From: Synechococcus elongatus PCC 6301
GTDB taxonomy: Bacteria; Cyanobacteriota; Cyanobacteriia; Synechococcales; Synechococcaceae
Length of the DNA stretch: 32,000 nt
Direction of reading: 5' to 3'
Assembly: GCF_000010065.1 (NCBI RefSeq)
Contig: NC_006576.1
Coordinates: forward strand, 540,001 to 572,000
Below the pieces are notes generated by a model. That model made no database searches, was not told where the DNA came from, and was given only the letters and a program-made list of their open reading frames with translations. Each line of letters opens with the position of its first letter. Position 1 is the stretch's first letter. This document shows positions 7,591 to 15,666 of this stretch, piece after piece. The position numbers and the translations under genes were made by a program.

Positions 7591-8526
7591 CTACTGCTGA
7601 CTCAGCCACACCTCCAGATCATCAATCGTTGAGAAATCAAATAATGCTTCTCCCAGTGCTTCCATCTGCTCGATAGACAGCGCTTGTACTTGCGCTAAAA
7701 GACTTGAGGACAGAGTTCCATAGCGCTTCGTCAGTAAACGAAGAACAAAAATCTTCGCTTCCTCCCGCCGGCCAATGCGTTCAATGCTGGTGATGTAAGG
7801 CATTCGGCGCTCCTGCTCATAAGCCGACAGCTCACTCCTGAACTCTAGCTCAAGACCTTCGGGAAGGCTCAAGAGCCAGTCAATGAACTTGAAAAGGCCA
7901 ATAATGCGCTCTCGACTCAGGCCCCGCTCATACAAAAGTTTCAACAACTCCAGCTTCCATCGCTTGCGCAGTTGCCGATCTTGCTTCGTCTGAATCGCCC
8001 GTAAATGCGCAGCCACCGCGATCGCAAACGGATTCTCATCCTCCAAGAGTTGATCAAGGCGATCGAGATAATCCAGCAACTTAACGCTGACAAACTCACT
8101 GAGATCACGACTGCCCCAAAGCGCTGTCTCAAAAGCATTGGGTCGCCACGTCGGTGACTCATCCGCCAAAATCGCCACACTCGCGATCGGCACCGCAAAG
8201 CGATCGAAGATGCGATAGCGATAGACATACATCCGCTCCGCAAAGTTCGATTCCCTCGCGCCCTGCACCTCAATGTGTACCAGCACCCACGCTTCTTGAC
8301 CGGCTTTCGTCCAAACCTTAACGAGCTTGTCCGCATAACGTCGGCCAGTCTCCGCCTCGGCTGTAATCTGCTGGAGCTCCTTATCCAGAAACTCATAGCC
8401 GCGATCCCAATCAATGTCGGGATCCGCGATCGGCAAAAAGAAGCGAATGAACTCTGGGAAGAAAGCCTCAATTAACTCCTTCCACGGTGAATCGCTCTCG
8501 GTAAGGGGCAGCGCAGAATCGGTCAT
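7591..8526 (-). CDS. Rpn/YhgA-like PD-(D/E)XK recombination-promoting nuclease / putative transposase, with a C-terminal DUF4351-like module
   Basis: 311 aa with an ATG start. The N-terminal region has the Rpn/YhgA-type nuclease core signature (YADKLVKVW...AWVLVHIEVQG, i.e. D...hhhE.Q). The C-terminal 70 aa (MPYITSIERIGRRE...DLEVWLSQQ) form the module that is repeated twice downstream. Confidence 0.75.
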   Translation of the reverse strand: MTDSALPLTESDSPWKELIEAFFPEFIRFFLPIADPDIDWDRGYEFLDKELQQITAEAETGRRYADKLVKVWTKAGQEAWVLVHIEVQGARESNFAERMYVYRYRIFDRFAVPIASVAILADESPTWRPNAFETALWGSRDLSEFVSVKLLDYLDRLDQLLEDENPFAIAVAAHLRAIQTKQDRQLRKRWKLELLKLLYERGLSRERIIGLFKFIDWLLSLPEGLELEFRSELSAYEQERRMPYITSIERIGRREEAKIFVLRLLTKRYGTLSSSLLAQVQALSIEQMEALGEALFDFSTIDDLEVWLSQQ

Positions 8527-8529
8527 GCT

Positions 8530-8730
8530 TCATTCCTTGCGATCGCTCCAATAGCGGTCATCTTCCAACTCCTTACCTGAGAGCATCCGCAGCTCCCCAT
8601 CAATCACAACGGAAAGCCCAGTCCCTGTTTGTCGTGCCAATTCCCGTGCTCGCTGTGCCGCCCGCAATAAAGCAGGCATTACTTTTTGCATATCTGAATC
8701 ATGATCTTGAGATTGCGACTCTTGGGTCAT
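8530..8730 (-). CDS. Small hypothetical protein (66 aa), tightly coupled to the Rpn-like gene
   Basis: ATG preceded by GAGGAAG. Its stop is 3 nt from the Rpn ATG, and AAGGAA lies inside its 3' end. Acidic N- and C-termini flank a central Ala/Arg-rich helix (ALLRAAQRARELARQTGTGLSVVIDG). No family recognised. Confidence 0.5.
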   Translation of the reverse strand: MTQESQSQDHDSDMQKVMPALLRAAQRARELARQTGTGLSVVIDGELRMLSGKELEDDRYWSDRKE

Positions 8731-8751
8731 GACTAACTTCCTCTCTTGTCT

Positions 8752-10779
8752 TTAGTGAGATAAGCCCCCGAGCATTGTCAGAATGCGATCGGTGACTTGC
8801 TGTAACTCCGCATCAATTTCCTCCAGCGATCGCGGTGGCGTAAACACATAAAAATGCCGGTTAAAGGGAATCTCGTAACCGACTTTGGTTTTCTCTGGGT
8901 CGATCCAAGCATCCGGCACATGCGGCAACACTTCTCGCTGGAAATAGGTGTCTACATCCTCAGTTAGCGGCACATTCTCGGTATCCCGTAAGCTGGCATC
9001 CGCCACAGGCTGCCCCTTAGTCTTGCCCCGCTGCGCCAGTACGACATTCCCCGCCTCATCTCGCTGCGGACGCTCCACTGTAATCGTGCGATAGCCAAAC
9101 TCTTCATTGCGAAAGATTTTGCTAACGGGTTTCCCATCGCGATCGGCTTCCTCAAAGTTGCCGAACAACCGCGTAATCTCCGCAATCTGCTCCTCGCTCA
9201 GTTCCTTGCGCTTACTGCCCAAACTCTTGCGCATCTTCTGCCAAAAACCACTGGCATCAATTAGCTGAACTTTGCCTTTGCGGCTTGCAGGCTTCCGGTT
9301 ACTCAGAATCCAGATATAGGTGCTGATACCTGTGTTGTAGAACATGTCCGTGGGCAAAGCGATAATCGCCTCGACCAGATCGTTTTCAAGGACATAGCGG
9401 CGAATCTCGCTCTCGCCAGACCCAGCCCCGCCGGTAAATAACGGTGATCCATTCAGCACAATCCCCAGACGGCTGCCGCCTTCACTAGCAGGTCGCATCT
9501 TCGAGATCAGATGCAGGAGAAAGAGCAACGAGCCATCACTGACGCGAGGTAAGCCAGGACCAAAACGACCGCTGTAGCCCAACTGTTCAGCTTCTCGCTG
9601 GACTTCCTTCTGAATCTTTTTCCACTCGACGCCGAAGGGAGGATTCGACAGCATGTAGTCGTACTTGGCATCGGGCAACTTGTCATCGGAGAGCGTGTTG
9701 CCAAAGCAAATATTCTGGATGTTTTGTCCCTTGATCAGCATGTCGGCTTTGCAGATCGCATAGGACTCTGGGTTCAATTCCTGCCCCGACAGCACCAATC
9801 GCGCCGAAGGATTCAGCTCCGTTAGATGTTCCTCGGCCACACTGAGCATGCCGCCCGTGCCTGCAGTGGGGTCATACAGACTGCGGACAATTCCAGGCTG
9901 AGTCAGCGCGGCATCATCCTCAATAAAGAGCAAATTGACCATCAGCCGAATCACTTCGCGGGGCGTGAAGTGTTCCCCAGCCGTTTCATTCGAGAGTTCG
10001 GCAAATTTGCGAATCAGCTCCTCAAATACCAAACCCATCTCGGCATTGCTAACCGTATCGGGATGGAGGTCGATCTGCGCAAAGCGTTCAGTGACAAGGT
10101 AAAGCAGACCCGCTTTTTCGAGGCGATCGATTTGTAGATGAAACTCAAAGCTATCGAAAATGTCCCGCACTGCTGGCGTGAAGCCTTGGATATAAGCACG
10201 CAGGTTCTCGCCAATGTTGTCGGCATCACCCATCAGCTGCTTGAGATCGAGCGGTGAGGTATTGCAGAAGTTCTGCCCTGCTTTCTTCAGCAAGAACGGT
10301 TCTGGAGCTAAGCCTTGGCTTTCGCGTAGGACTTTCTCTTCAAGAACAGCGGCTTTCGTCGGGGCAAGCACACAGTCCAAGCGCCGCAGCACCGTAAACG
10401 GCAGGATGATTTTGCCGTAGTCACTCTGTTTGTAGTCGCCGCGCAGCAGGTCAGCCACACTCCAAATGAAGGCCGAGAGATTCTGGCGTCCAGTCGGTTG
10501 CGGTTCTAGAGGAGCGGCCATTGGGAGGTCTGGTGGCGTAGCGATCGCAATTCCCTGACTATCCATCAACGTCACAGACCCGCCGCGTCCCCGTCCTGAT
10601 TGAATCCGGCCTTGCAGCATCAGTTCTGCTTTGACCGACTCGTAGCGAGCATCATCCCACGCCAACAACTGTTGCAGCTTGCTATTCCCCGCTGAGCCAC
10701 CGAGGGCTTGAAGCACCCCGAGGAACTCAGCTTGAAGACTGCTGATTTCGGTCGTTGATTGGGAGGATTCAAACGTCAT
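8752..10779 (-). CDS. hsdM: Type I restriction-modification DNA methyltransferase (M) subunit, with a roughly 100-aa N-terminal extension
   Basis: HsdM_N-like segment ([35 protein letters not shown]). AdoMet motif [10 protein letters not shown] and catalytic motif NPPFG. The ORF track extends to 10911, but that extension begins in the terminator T-tract of the upstream gene. I use the ATG at 10779 (MTFESSQ..., 675 aa). Confidence 0.92.
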   Translation of the reverse strand: MTFESSQSTTEISSLQAEFLGVLQALGGSAGNSKLQQLLAWDDARYESVKAELMLQGRIQSGRGRGGSVTLMDSQGIAIATPPDLPMAAPLEPQPTGRQNLSAFIWSVADLLRGDYKQSDYGKIILPFTVLRRLDCVLAPTKAAVLEEKVLRESQGLAPEPFLLKKAGQNFCNTSPLDLKQLMGDADNIGENLRAYIQGFTPAVRDIFDSFEFHLQIDRLEKAGLLYLVTERFAQIDLHPDTVSNAEMGLVFEELIRKFAELSNETAGEHFTPREVIRLMVNLLFIEDDAALTQPGIVRSLYDPTAGTGGMLSVAEEHLTELNPSARLVLSGQELNPESYAICKADMLIKGQNIQNICFGNTLSDDKLPDAKYDYMLSNPPFGVEWKKIQKEVQREAEQLGYSGRFGPGLPRVSDGSLLFLLHLISKMRPASEGGSRLGIVLNGSPLFTGGAGSGESEIRRYVLENDLVEAIIALPTDMFYNTGISTYIWILSNRKPASRKGKVQLIDASGFWQKMRKSLGSKRKELSEEQIAEITRLFGNFEEADRDGKPVSKIFRNEEFGYRTITVERPQRDEAGNVVLAQRGKTKGQPVADASLRDTENVPLTEDVDTYFQREVLPHVPDAWIDPEKTKVGYEIPFNRHFYVFTPPRSLEEIDAELQQVTDRILTMLGGLSH

Positions 10780-10909
10780 AGCAAGCGGGTTGAGAGGGTT
10801 AAGTAAGGCCAATGAAGTCTGTTGTATTGTCTTTGATTTGGGATGTTCTGGCCGCCCAAGAGACTGGTGCCGGCCGACGCACCCATCGTCTTTTGACCTC
10901 GTCCAGCAC

Positions 10910-10939
10910 AAAAAAACCGGAGTCCCCTAGAGGCTCCGG
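10910..10939 (-). terminator. Rho-independent terminator downstream of the DUF1517 gene
   Basis: Minus-strand RNA: CCGGAGCCUC-UA-GGGGACUCCGG hairpin (about 10 bp with one bulge) followed by U7. It starts 31 nt after the stop at 10971. Confidence 0.75.
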
Positions 10940-10970
10940 TGGCGGATAGATTGGAGATTCGCGATCGCGT

Positions 10971-11903
10971 TTAGAGGACGCGCAGGTCAGGATAGTTTGC
11001 CATCACGTCGTCGCGAGTCAAGCTTTCGGATTCCGAATCGGGACTCCAGAGCACTTCTACAGCCAGCAGACTTTCACTACCGATCGCCCCAATTTGGCGC
11101 AAGGCTTGCTGCAAATCGCTAGTACTGTTCAGAGCGGGAAGCCGCAGTTGCGTTGTCGCTGCGACCAGTAATGTCACCACAATGTACTCCGCAGGCGCTT
11201 GGCTGAGCGGGTCGATCGCGGTTGCCGTGTGCGTGGCCTGTTTGACTTGACCATCGACGTTTGAAACACCTTCGCCCGAAAACTTGCTGCGCTCCATCAG
11301 GGTCAGCCGGTTGAAGGCATTCTCGGCGGTGCCCCAAGTCACTTTTTGCGCTTCGGCGCTGCCGTAGGCCCAGTATTCGGGGTGGCGCAGCAGAGCAAGG
11401 GTCGTCTCTTGCAGAACGTTAGCCAGCCCTGTTTTGCTGTTGGTATTCGCCCGCATCGCCAGCGCTTCAAGATCACGTTGCAGCGATCGCGCACCGGCTA
11501 GCAACCCGACTTGAACTTGGGCGATCGCCACTTGGGAGTTGCTGACTGGTGCCAAACGAGCATTGTTGCCCTCACCCCCACTCGCATTTTGGAAGGCTCG
11601 CAGCAGGAAGCCAGCGATCGCAATCATGATTAGGAAGCCAAACAGGCCCCCGCCACCGCCAAAGAACAGCGGCAACACGAAGGGGAAGCCAAAGCCGCCA
11701 CCACCACGGTAGTAGCCACCGCCACCACCGCTGTACGATCGCGACGGGCTACTGAAGCTGCGAGACGGAGCTGAGAAAGAGCCACCGCCGATCCGCCCAC
11801 CACGGGCAGCCCAGGCAGACTGAGCGGCACTGAGGGTCAAACTGCCCACCAGTAGAACGACTACCAACAGTCGTCCGATCGATTTGAGGAATGGCTTGCG
11901 CAT
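10971..11903 (-). CDS. DUF1517-family membrane protein with a glycine-rich region
   Basis: 310 aa. It has a signal or TM segment, then an RGGRIGGGSFSAPSRSFSSPSRSYSGGGGGYYRGGGGFGFP glycine-rich tract, then a TM helix. The conserved C-terminal domain ends ...VEVLWSPDSE.ESLTRDD. This resembles the cyanobacterial/chloroplast DUF1517 family. Confidence 0.7.
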   Translation of the reverse strand: MRKPFLKSIGRLLVVVLLVGSLTLSAAQSAWAARGGRIGGGSFSAPSRSFSSPSRSYSGGGGGYYRGGGGFGFPFVLPLFFGGGGGLFGFLIMIAIAGFLLRAFQNASGGEGNNARLAPVSNSQVAIAQVQVGLLAGARSLQRDLEALAMRANTNSKTGLANVLQETTLALLRHPEYWAYGSAEAQKVTWGTAENAFNRLTLMERSKFSGEGVSNVDGQVKQATHTATAIDPLSQAPAEYIVVTLLVAATTQLRLPALNSTSDLQQALRQIGAIGSESLLAVEVLWSPDSESESLTRDDVMANYPDLRVL

Positions 11904-12015
11904 AGTCTTGTGGAATGCGGCGCTGAGGCAGACAGACTGCGCTCTCTCTTACTGTAGCGGCTGGCTTCGAGGCATTTCTCTCACCAAAGGCTAACCCAAG
12001 GCGAGATAGCCGTAC

Positions 12016-12228
12016 CTAGCCGCCCCCAACGATGGTGACAATCTCAAGGCGATCGCCCGTGGCAGGCTGGGTGTTCTCCCAGAATTGACGGTGCAGGATC
12101 TCCCCGTTGTACTCGACAGCAACGAGGCGCGGCTCTAGGCCAAGACTGCGAAGTAAGTCAGGCAAGTTAAGGCCCGCTGGACAGTCGCGCAACTCTCCGT
12201 TGATCTGGAGTGAAATGGGTTCAGACAT
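12016..12228 (-). CDS. thiS: Thiamine biosynthesis sulfur-carrier protein ThiS
   Basis: 70 aa ending in the characteristic C-terminal GG (IVTIVGGG). The body matches ThiS (AVEYNGEILHRQFW). It lies immediately downstream of thiE. Confidence 0.88.
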   Translation of the reverse strand: MSEPISLQINGELRDCPAGLNLPDLLRSLGLEPRLVAVEYNGEILHRQFWENTQPATGDRLEIVTIVGGG

Positions 12229-12245
12229 AGACCAGGACTGAGAAT

Positions 12246-13277
12246 CTAAAGCATTTGTAAAAGTTCTGCCGTAGCGGCCTTCGGGTCGGGCGCCTCCATG
12301 ATCGCGCGGACCACGGCGAGGCGATCGGCACCGGCTGCAACCACCGCAGCGGCATTGCTGACATCGATTCCACCAATCGCATAAAACGGCTGCTGAGCCT
12401 GCTGGCGGGCATAGCCTAAATAGTCAAAGCCCGCTGCTGCTTTGCCGGGTTTCGTGGGTGTGGCAAAGATGGGCCCCACGCCGACATAGTCCGCCCCTTC
12501 AGCATTGGCACGGGCCAACTCTTCAGGACTGGTCGTCGATCGCCCAACAATGCGATCGGGGCCGAGAATGCGGCGAGCCACGTCCATCGGCACATCCTGC
12601 TGACCAAGATGAACGCCATCAGCCCCGCAAGCAAGTGCTAGATCGACGCGATCGTTGACGAGGAAAAGGGCTCCGTAGCGCTGGCAGAGTTCCGCCAAGC
12701 GGCAGGCGGTTTCTAGGCGGGTTGCATCCTCCTGCTGCTTGTCGCGGTACTGCACCAATTTCAGCCCTGCCGAAAGAGCCGCTTCAACGACCTCCAGCAA
12801 GCGAGGATGGGGCGAGGTCACAAGATAAAGCCGTGCCTGTCGCAACCGACTGAGGCGATCGCGACTTTGCAGCTGAGACTCCAAGACATAGATCTGGTAG
12901 CGCATTGCCTTAGCGCGATCGCTGAGATCCCCCTCGATCAGCTTGCCGTATTCCTCAATCACCCGCAGGGCTTCCTGAACCCGCGCACAGTTCGCCAATA
13001 AAACGGCATTGAGGTCAGTCCGCTGTCGCTCTTGGGGATGACTCAAGCTCGTGCCGGGATCGTGGGTTGTGTCGCGAGCTTGACGAAATTTTGGGCGATG
13101 CCAACTGCCGACTTCTTGCCGAAGCGCCTTGCAAGTCGCGCTCAAGTCAGCGCGCTCGAGGCCAAAGCGGCACCACTCTTCCAGAATGCGCAACCCTTCA
13201 CGGGCGCGATCGAGGTTGGCATCCAGAATGCGGTGGCAACGGGTTTCAACCCAATCCATGCTCGACTCAGACGACAT
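12246..13277 (-). CDS. thiE: Thiamine-phosphate synthase (cyanobacterial long form with an extra N-terminal domain)
   Basis: The C-terminal roughly 210 aa match ThiE (RLYLVT...VQYRDK...FLVNDRVDLA...ADGVHLGQQD...ADYVGVGPIFATPTK...AIGGI). The N-terminal roughly 130-aa extension is seen in cyanobacterial ThiE proteins. Confidence 0.9.
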   Translation of the reverse strand: MSSESSMDWVETRCHRILDANLDRAREGLRILEEWCRFGLERADLSATCKALRQEVGSWHRPKFRQARDTTHDPGTSLSHPQERQRTDLNAVLLANCARVQEALRVIEEYGKLIEGDLSDRAKAMRYQIYVLESQLQSRDRLSRLRQARLYLVTSPHPRLLEVVEAALSAGLKLVQYRDKQQEDATRLETACRLAELCQRYGALFLVNDRVDLALACGADGVHLGQQDVPMDVARRILGPDRIVGRSTTSPEELARANAEGADYVGVGPIFATPTKPGKAAAGFDYLGYARQQAQQPFYAIGGIDVSNAAAVVAAGADRLAVVRAIMEAPDPKAATAELLQML

Positions 13278-13315
13278 CCCTTCGACTCTAGCCTGAGGGC
13301 TAGGACCCGCGAAAG

Positions 13316-14098
13316 TCAGCGATCGCCCACTGCAGGGTTAGGCTCTGAACTGGGGTCTGCTTGCACCGAGATCCGATAAAGCTGAACTTGGCTGATCGTA
13401 CCAAGCGGTTGCGCTGCTTGCCCAGCGCGACTCAACCAAATCAAATCGGGGCGACCGGGATTGATCGTCACTTCTTGTTTGGGCGAAAACGAGAGCTGCT
13501 GACCAGCGGTGCCCATACCCGAGAACACGACTTCTCCATCCACGCTAATTTCCGCCCAAGCAGGCCCACGGAAGGCGATCGCAACAGTGCGCGGCTCCGG
13601 TTCTAGAGGCGTTGTTGAGAGCGCAGCCTCCGGTGGCGGCGGCGGTTCAGGGGCAGTCGCAGTCGGGGCAAAGGCGATTTGTTGCCGCCAGTTCCAAACG
13701 GTGACCCCAGTGCCTGCGATCGCGGCCACAATCACCACAACTAGGCCCAATAGCCCCAGAGAGGCTTTAGAGGGTAGCGCGATCGCCACTTTAGATCGCT
13801 GGGTCGCAGCAGCCGTTGCTGGAGTTGCAGCCAGATGGATGTCTGCCAAGGAGAGATCCGCGAGAAGCGTATCGGGATCGAGGCCCAAGCTGCGAGCGTA
13901 GGTGCGAATGAAACCCTGCACAAACACGGGCTCTGGCAGGCGCTGAACTTCGCCACTCTCAATCGCCTCGAGGTAGCTTGACCGCACGCGACATTGAGCA
14001 GCGACCGCAGCGAGATCTAAACCCTGAGCTTCCCGCGCGGCGCGCAGTTCTGCCCCAATCCGGTACAGCTCTTCTGTGTAGACCAGTGACTCAGTCAT
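13316..14098 (-). CDS. RodZ-like helix-turn-helix (XRE) membrane protein with a DUF4115-like C-terminal domain
   Basis: 260 aa. N-terminal HTH (LRAAREAQGLDLAAVAAQCRVRSSYLEAIE), a central TM helix (LLGLVVVIVAAIAGTGV), a Pro-rich linker and a C-terminal beta-rich domain. Confidence 0.7.
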   Translation of the reverse strand: MTESLVYTEELYRIGAELRAAREAQGLDLAAVAAQCRVRSSYLEAIESGEVQRLPEPVFVQGFIRTYARSLGLDPDTLLADLSLADIHLAATPATAAATQRSKVAIALPSKASLGLLGLVVVIVAAIAGTGVTVWNWRQQIAFAPTATAPEPPPPPEAALSTTPLEPEPRTVAIAFRGPAWAEISVDGEVVFSGMGTAGQQLSFSPKQEVTINPGRPDLIWLSRAGQAAQPLGTISQVQLYRISVQADPSSEPNPAVGDR

Positions 14099-14124
14099 GA
14101 ATCCTTGGGCGCAGCGATATCCTT

Positions 14125-14748
14125 TTATACACCACCGGCTAGGCGTCGCTCGGCTAAACGCGATCGCGCCTGAACGGCTCGTTCCTCATCGCTGTGAGCC
14201 TGCCGGTTGAGAGTTTCTGCAATCGCAGACTGGAGCTGGGTTGCAGCCGGAGCTAAGGTTTCCAGTGCCGCTGCTGCTGCATAGCGCACCACCCATTCCG
14301 GATCGTACTGAAGGCAGAGCTTCAGGGTTTCATAGCACTGCTGTTGTTGGGCAAGGCGATCGCTCTCGGACAGATCTGCCCAGCGCACTCGCCCCAAGCC
14401 GTAAGTCGCCGCCCGCCGCACACTGAGCGAAAAATCTTCCCGCGCCGCTGACAGGAGCAGGGGCAGGGCTGCCGGTTCTCCAATGCCAGCTAAGGCGCGC
14501 AGAGCCCAAGCTCTTGCGCCGTAGTTATAGTCATCCAGATTATTGAGAATGGCTTGTGCCGCTGGAGAACCCAGTTGAATCAGACCATCGACCGCAACCA
14601 CCGCAGCCCCTGGGTTGTTGAACGCTAAAACGCTAATCAAAGTCGGGATAGCCGCATCAGTACGAGCCGCCGACAGTGCCGCTACCGCCCGCACCAGTCC
14701 TTCCGCCGAATCAGCGGCTTCAACAGCAGCGATCAATTCCGTGCTCAT
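14125..14748 (-). CDS. cpcF: Phycocyanobilin lyase subunit CpcF (HEAT-repeat)
   Basis: 207 aa of HEAT-like repeats, immediately downstream of cpcE in the cpc operon. Confidence 0.88.
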   Translation of the reverse strand: MSTELIAAVEAADSAEGLVRAVAALSAARTDAAIPTLISVLAFNNPGAAVVAVDGLIQLGSPAAQAILNNLDDYNYGARAWALRALAGIGEPAALPLLLSAAREDFSLSVRRAATYGLGRVRWADLSESDRLAQQQQCYETLKLCLQYDPEWVVRYAAAAALETLAPAATQLQSAIAETLNRQAHSDEERAVQARSRLAERRLAGGV

Positions 14749-14754
14749 AGGTGC

Positions 14755-15576
14755 CTACAGCAAACCATCCATCAAATCCATCAGCGCGATTGCCGACTCA
14801 TCCAACTCTGCGATCGCCTCGGGGGTCTGTTGCCGCAGATGAGTATCGAGCAGCCCTTTGAGCGAGATCAGTTTGAGACTATTCTCGGCAAGCGTCTGGG
14901 CAATTTGCGGTGCAGCGGGCAAATAGCCGATCGCCCCTAAATCCATCAGGGCCGACCGCCGGCGCTGTAATTTCGGGTCACTCAAACCTTGAACAACCCG
15001 CTCAGCATAGTGATCGTCGCCGGTGAGCTGATAGAGCGATCGTGCGGCTGCTAGGCGAATTTTATCGATCGGATGCTCCAGAAACGCTTGCACCACAGGG
15101 ACAGCAACCGTTGCTCGCAGTTGTCCCAGGGTTTCCATCACCGCATCCGCTGGCTGAGTCAGATGGGGTTTACCCGGAATCGCGGCGATCGCCTCAGGTC
15201 CGCCCTCTAACAGTTTCAATAACGCTGGAACCGCAACTGTGGCTTGCAACTCACCTAAGGACTGGGTTGCAGCCTCGCGAACGTAGTAGTCCTCGCACTG
15301 CAAGCAGGCAATCAACGGTGCGATCGCCTCAGGACTTTCCAGTTTTCCCAATGCGCGTGCGGCATTGCGCCGTAGGGGATAGCCGCCATCAGGTGCGCGA
15401 TCGAGGCTATCATCTAAGGCTTCAATCAACAGCGCGATCGCCTCTGGCTGCTTCATCCGAAACCGACCCAGCCACCAAGCTGCGTAGTAGCGATCGCCCG
15501 TATCTGCTGTCTGTCGGAGATTCGCGATCGCTTGTTCGTAGGTCAGCGCCTCAGCTGGCGTCCCCGCTTCACTCAT
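14755..15576 (-). CDS. cpcE: Phycocyanobilin lyase subunit CpcE (HEAT-repeat)
   Basis: 273 aa. The N-terminus is typical of CpcE (DTGDRYYAAWWLGRFR) and is followed by PBS-lyase HEAT-like repeats. It follows cpcA2. Confidence 0.9.
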   Translation of the reverse strand: MSEAGTPAEALTYEQAIANLRQTADTGDRYYAAWWLGRFRMKQPEAIALLIEALDDSLDRAPDGGYPLRRNAARALGKLESPEAIAPLIACLQCEDYYVREAATQSLGELQATVAVPALLKLLEGGPEAIAAIPGKPHLTQPADAVMETLGQLRATVAVPVVQAFLEHPIDKIRLAAARSLYQLTGDDHYAERVVQGLSDPKLQRRRSALMDLGAIGYLPAAPQIAQTLAENSLKLISLKGLLDTHLRQQTPEAIAELDESAIALMDLMDGLL

Positions 15577-15605
15577 TCCAGAAGTCGGCTCACAAAATCA
15601 CTGAT

Positions 15606-15645
15606 TTAAAAAGGGAAGCCCAGCTCCCCTGAGAGACCTGGGCTT
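15606..15645 (-). terminator. Intrinsic terminator/attenuator after cpcA2
   Basis: Minus-strand RNA: AAGCCCAG...CUGGGCUU (8 bp, extendable by 4 inner pairs around a UCAG loop) followed by CCCUUUUU. It begins 21 nt after the cpcA2 stop and lies upstream of cpcE. Confidence 0.6.
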
Positions 15646-15666
15646 GAACAATGCAGCAGCTAAAAA

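Noticed and set aside
7941-8471. 176-aa minus-strand ORF in an alternative frame within the Rpn-like gene
   Set aside because: It is Arg/Ser/Cys-rich with no recognisable motif and is fully contained in the better-supported 311-aa frame.
7062-8526. Interpreting the Rpn-like gene as an active IS element or transposon
   Set aside because: I found no terminal inverted repeats or target-site duplications flanking it. It has host-like HIP1 content and sits in operon-like spacing with its neighbours. The 'putative transposase' label of this family is historical.
10780-10911. N-terminal 44-codon extension of the hsdM ORF ([10 protein letters not shown]...)
   Set aside because: It begins inside the U-tract of the upstream gene's terminator and has an odd composition. 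A proper ATG at 10779 gives a sensible N-terminus.
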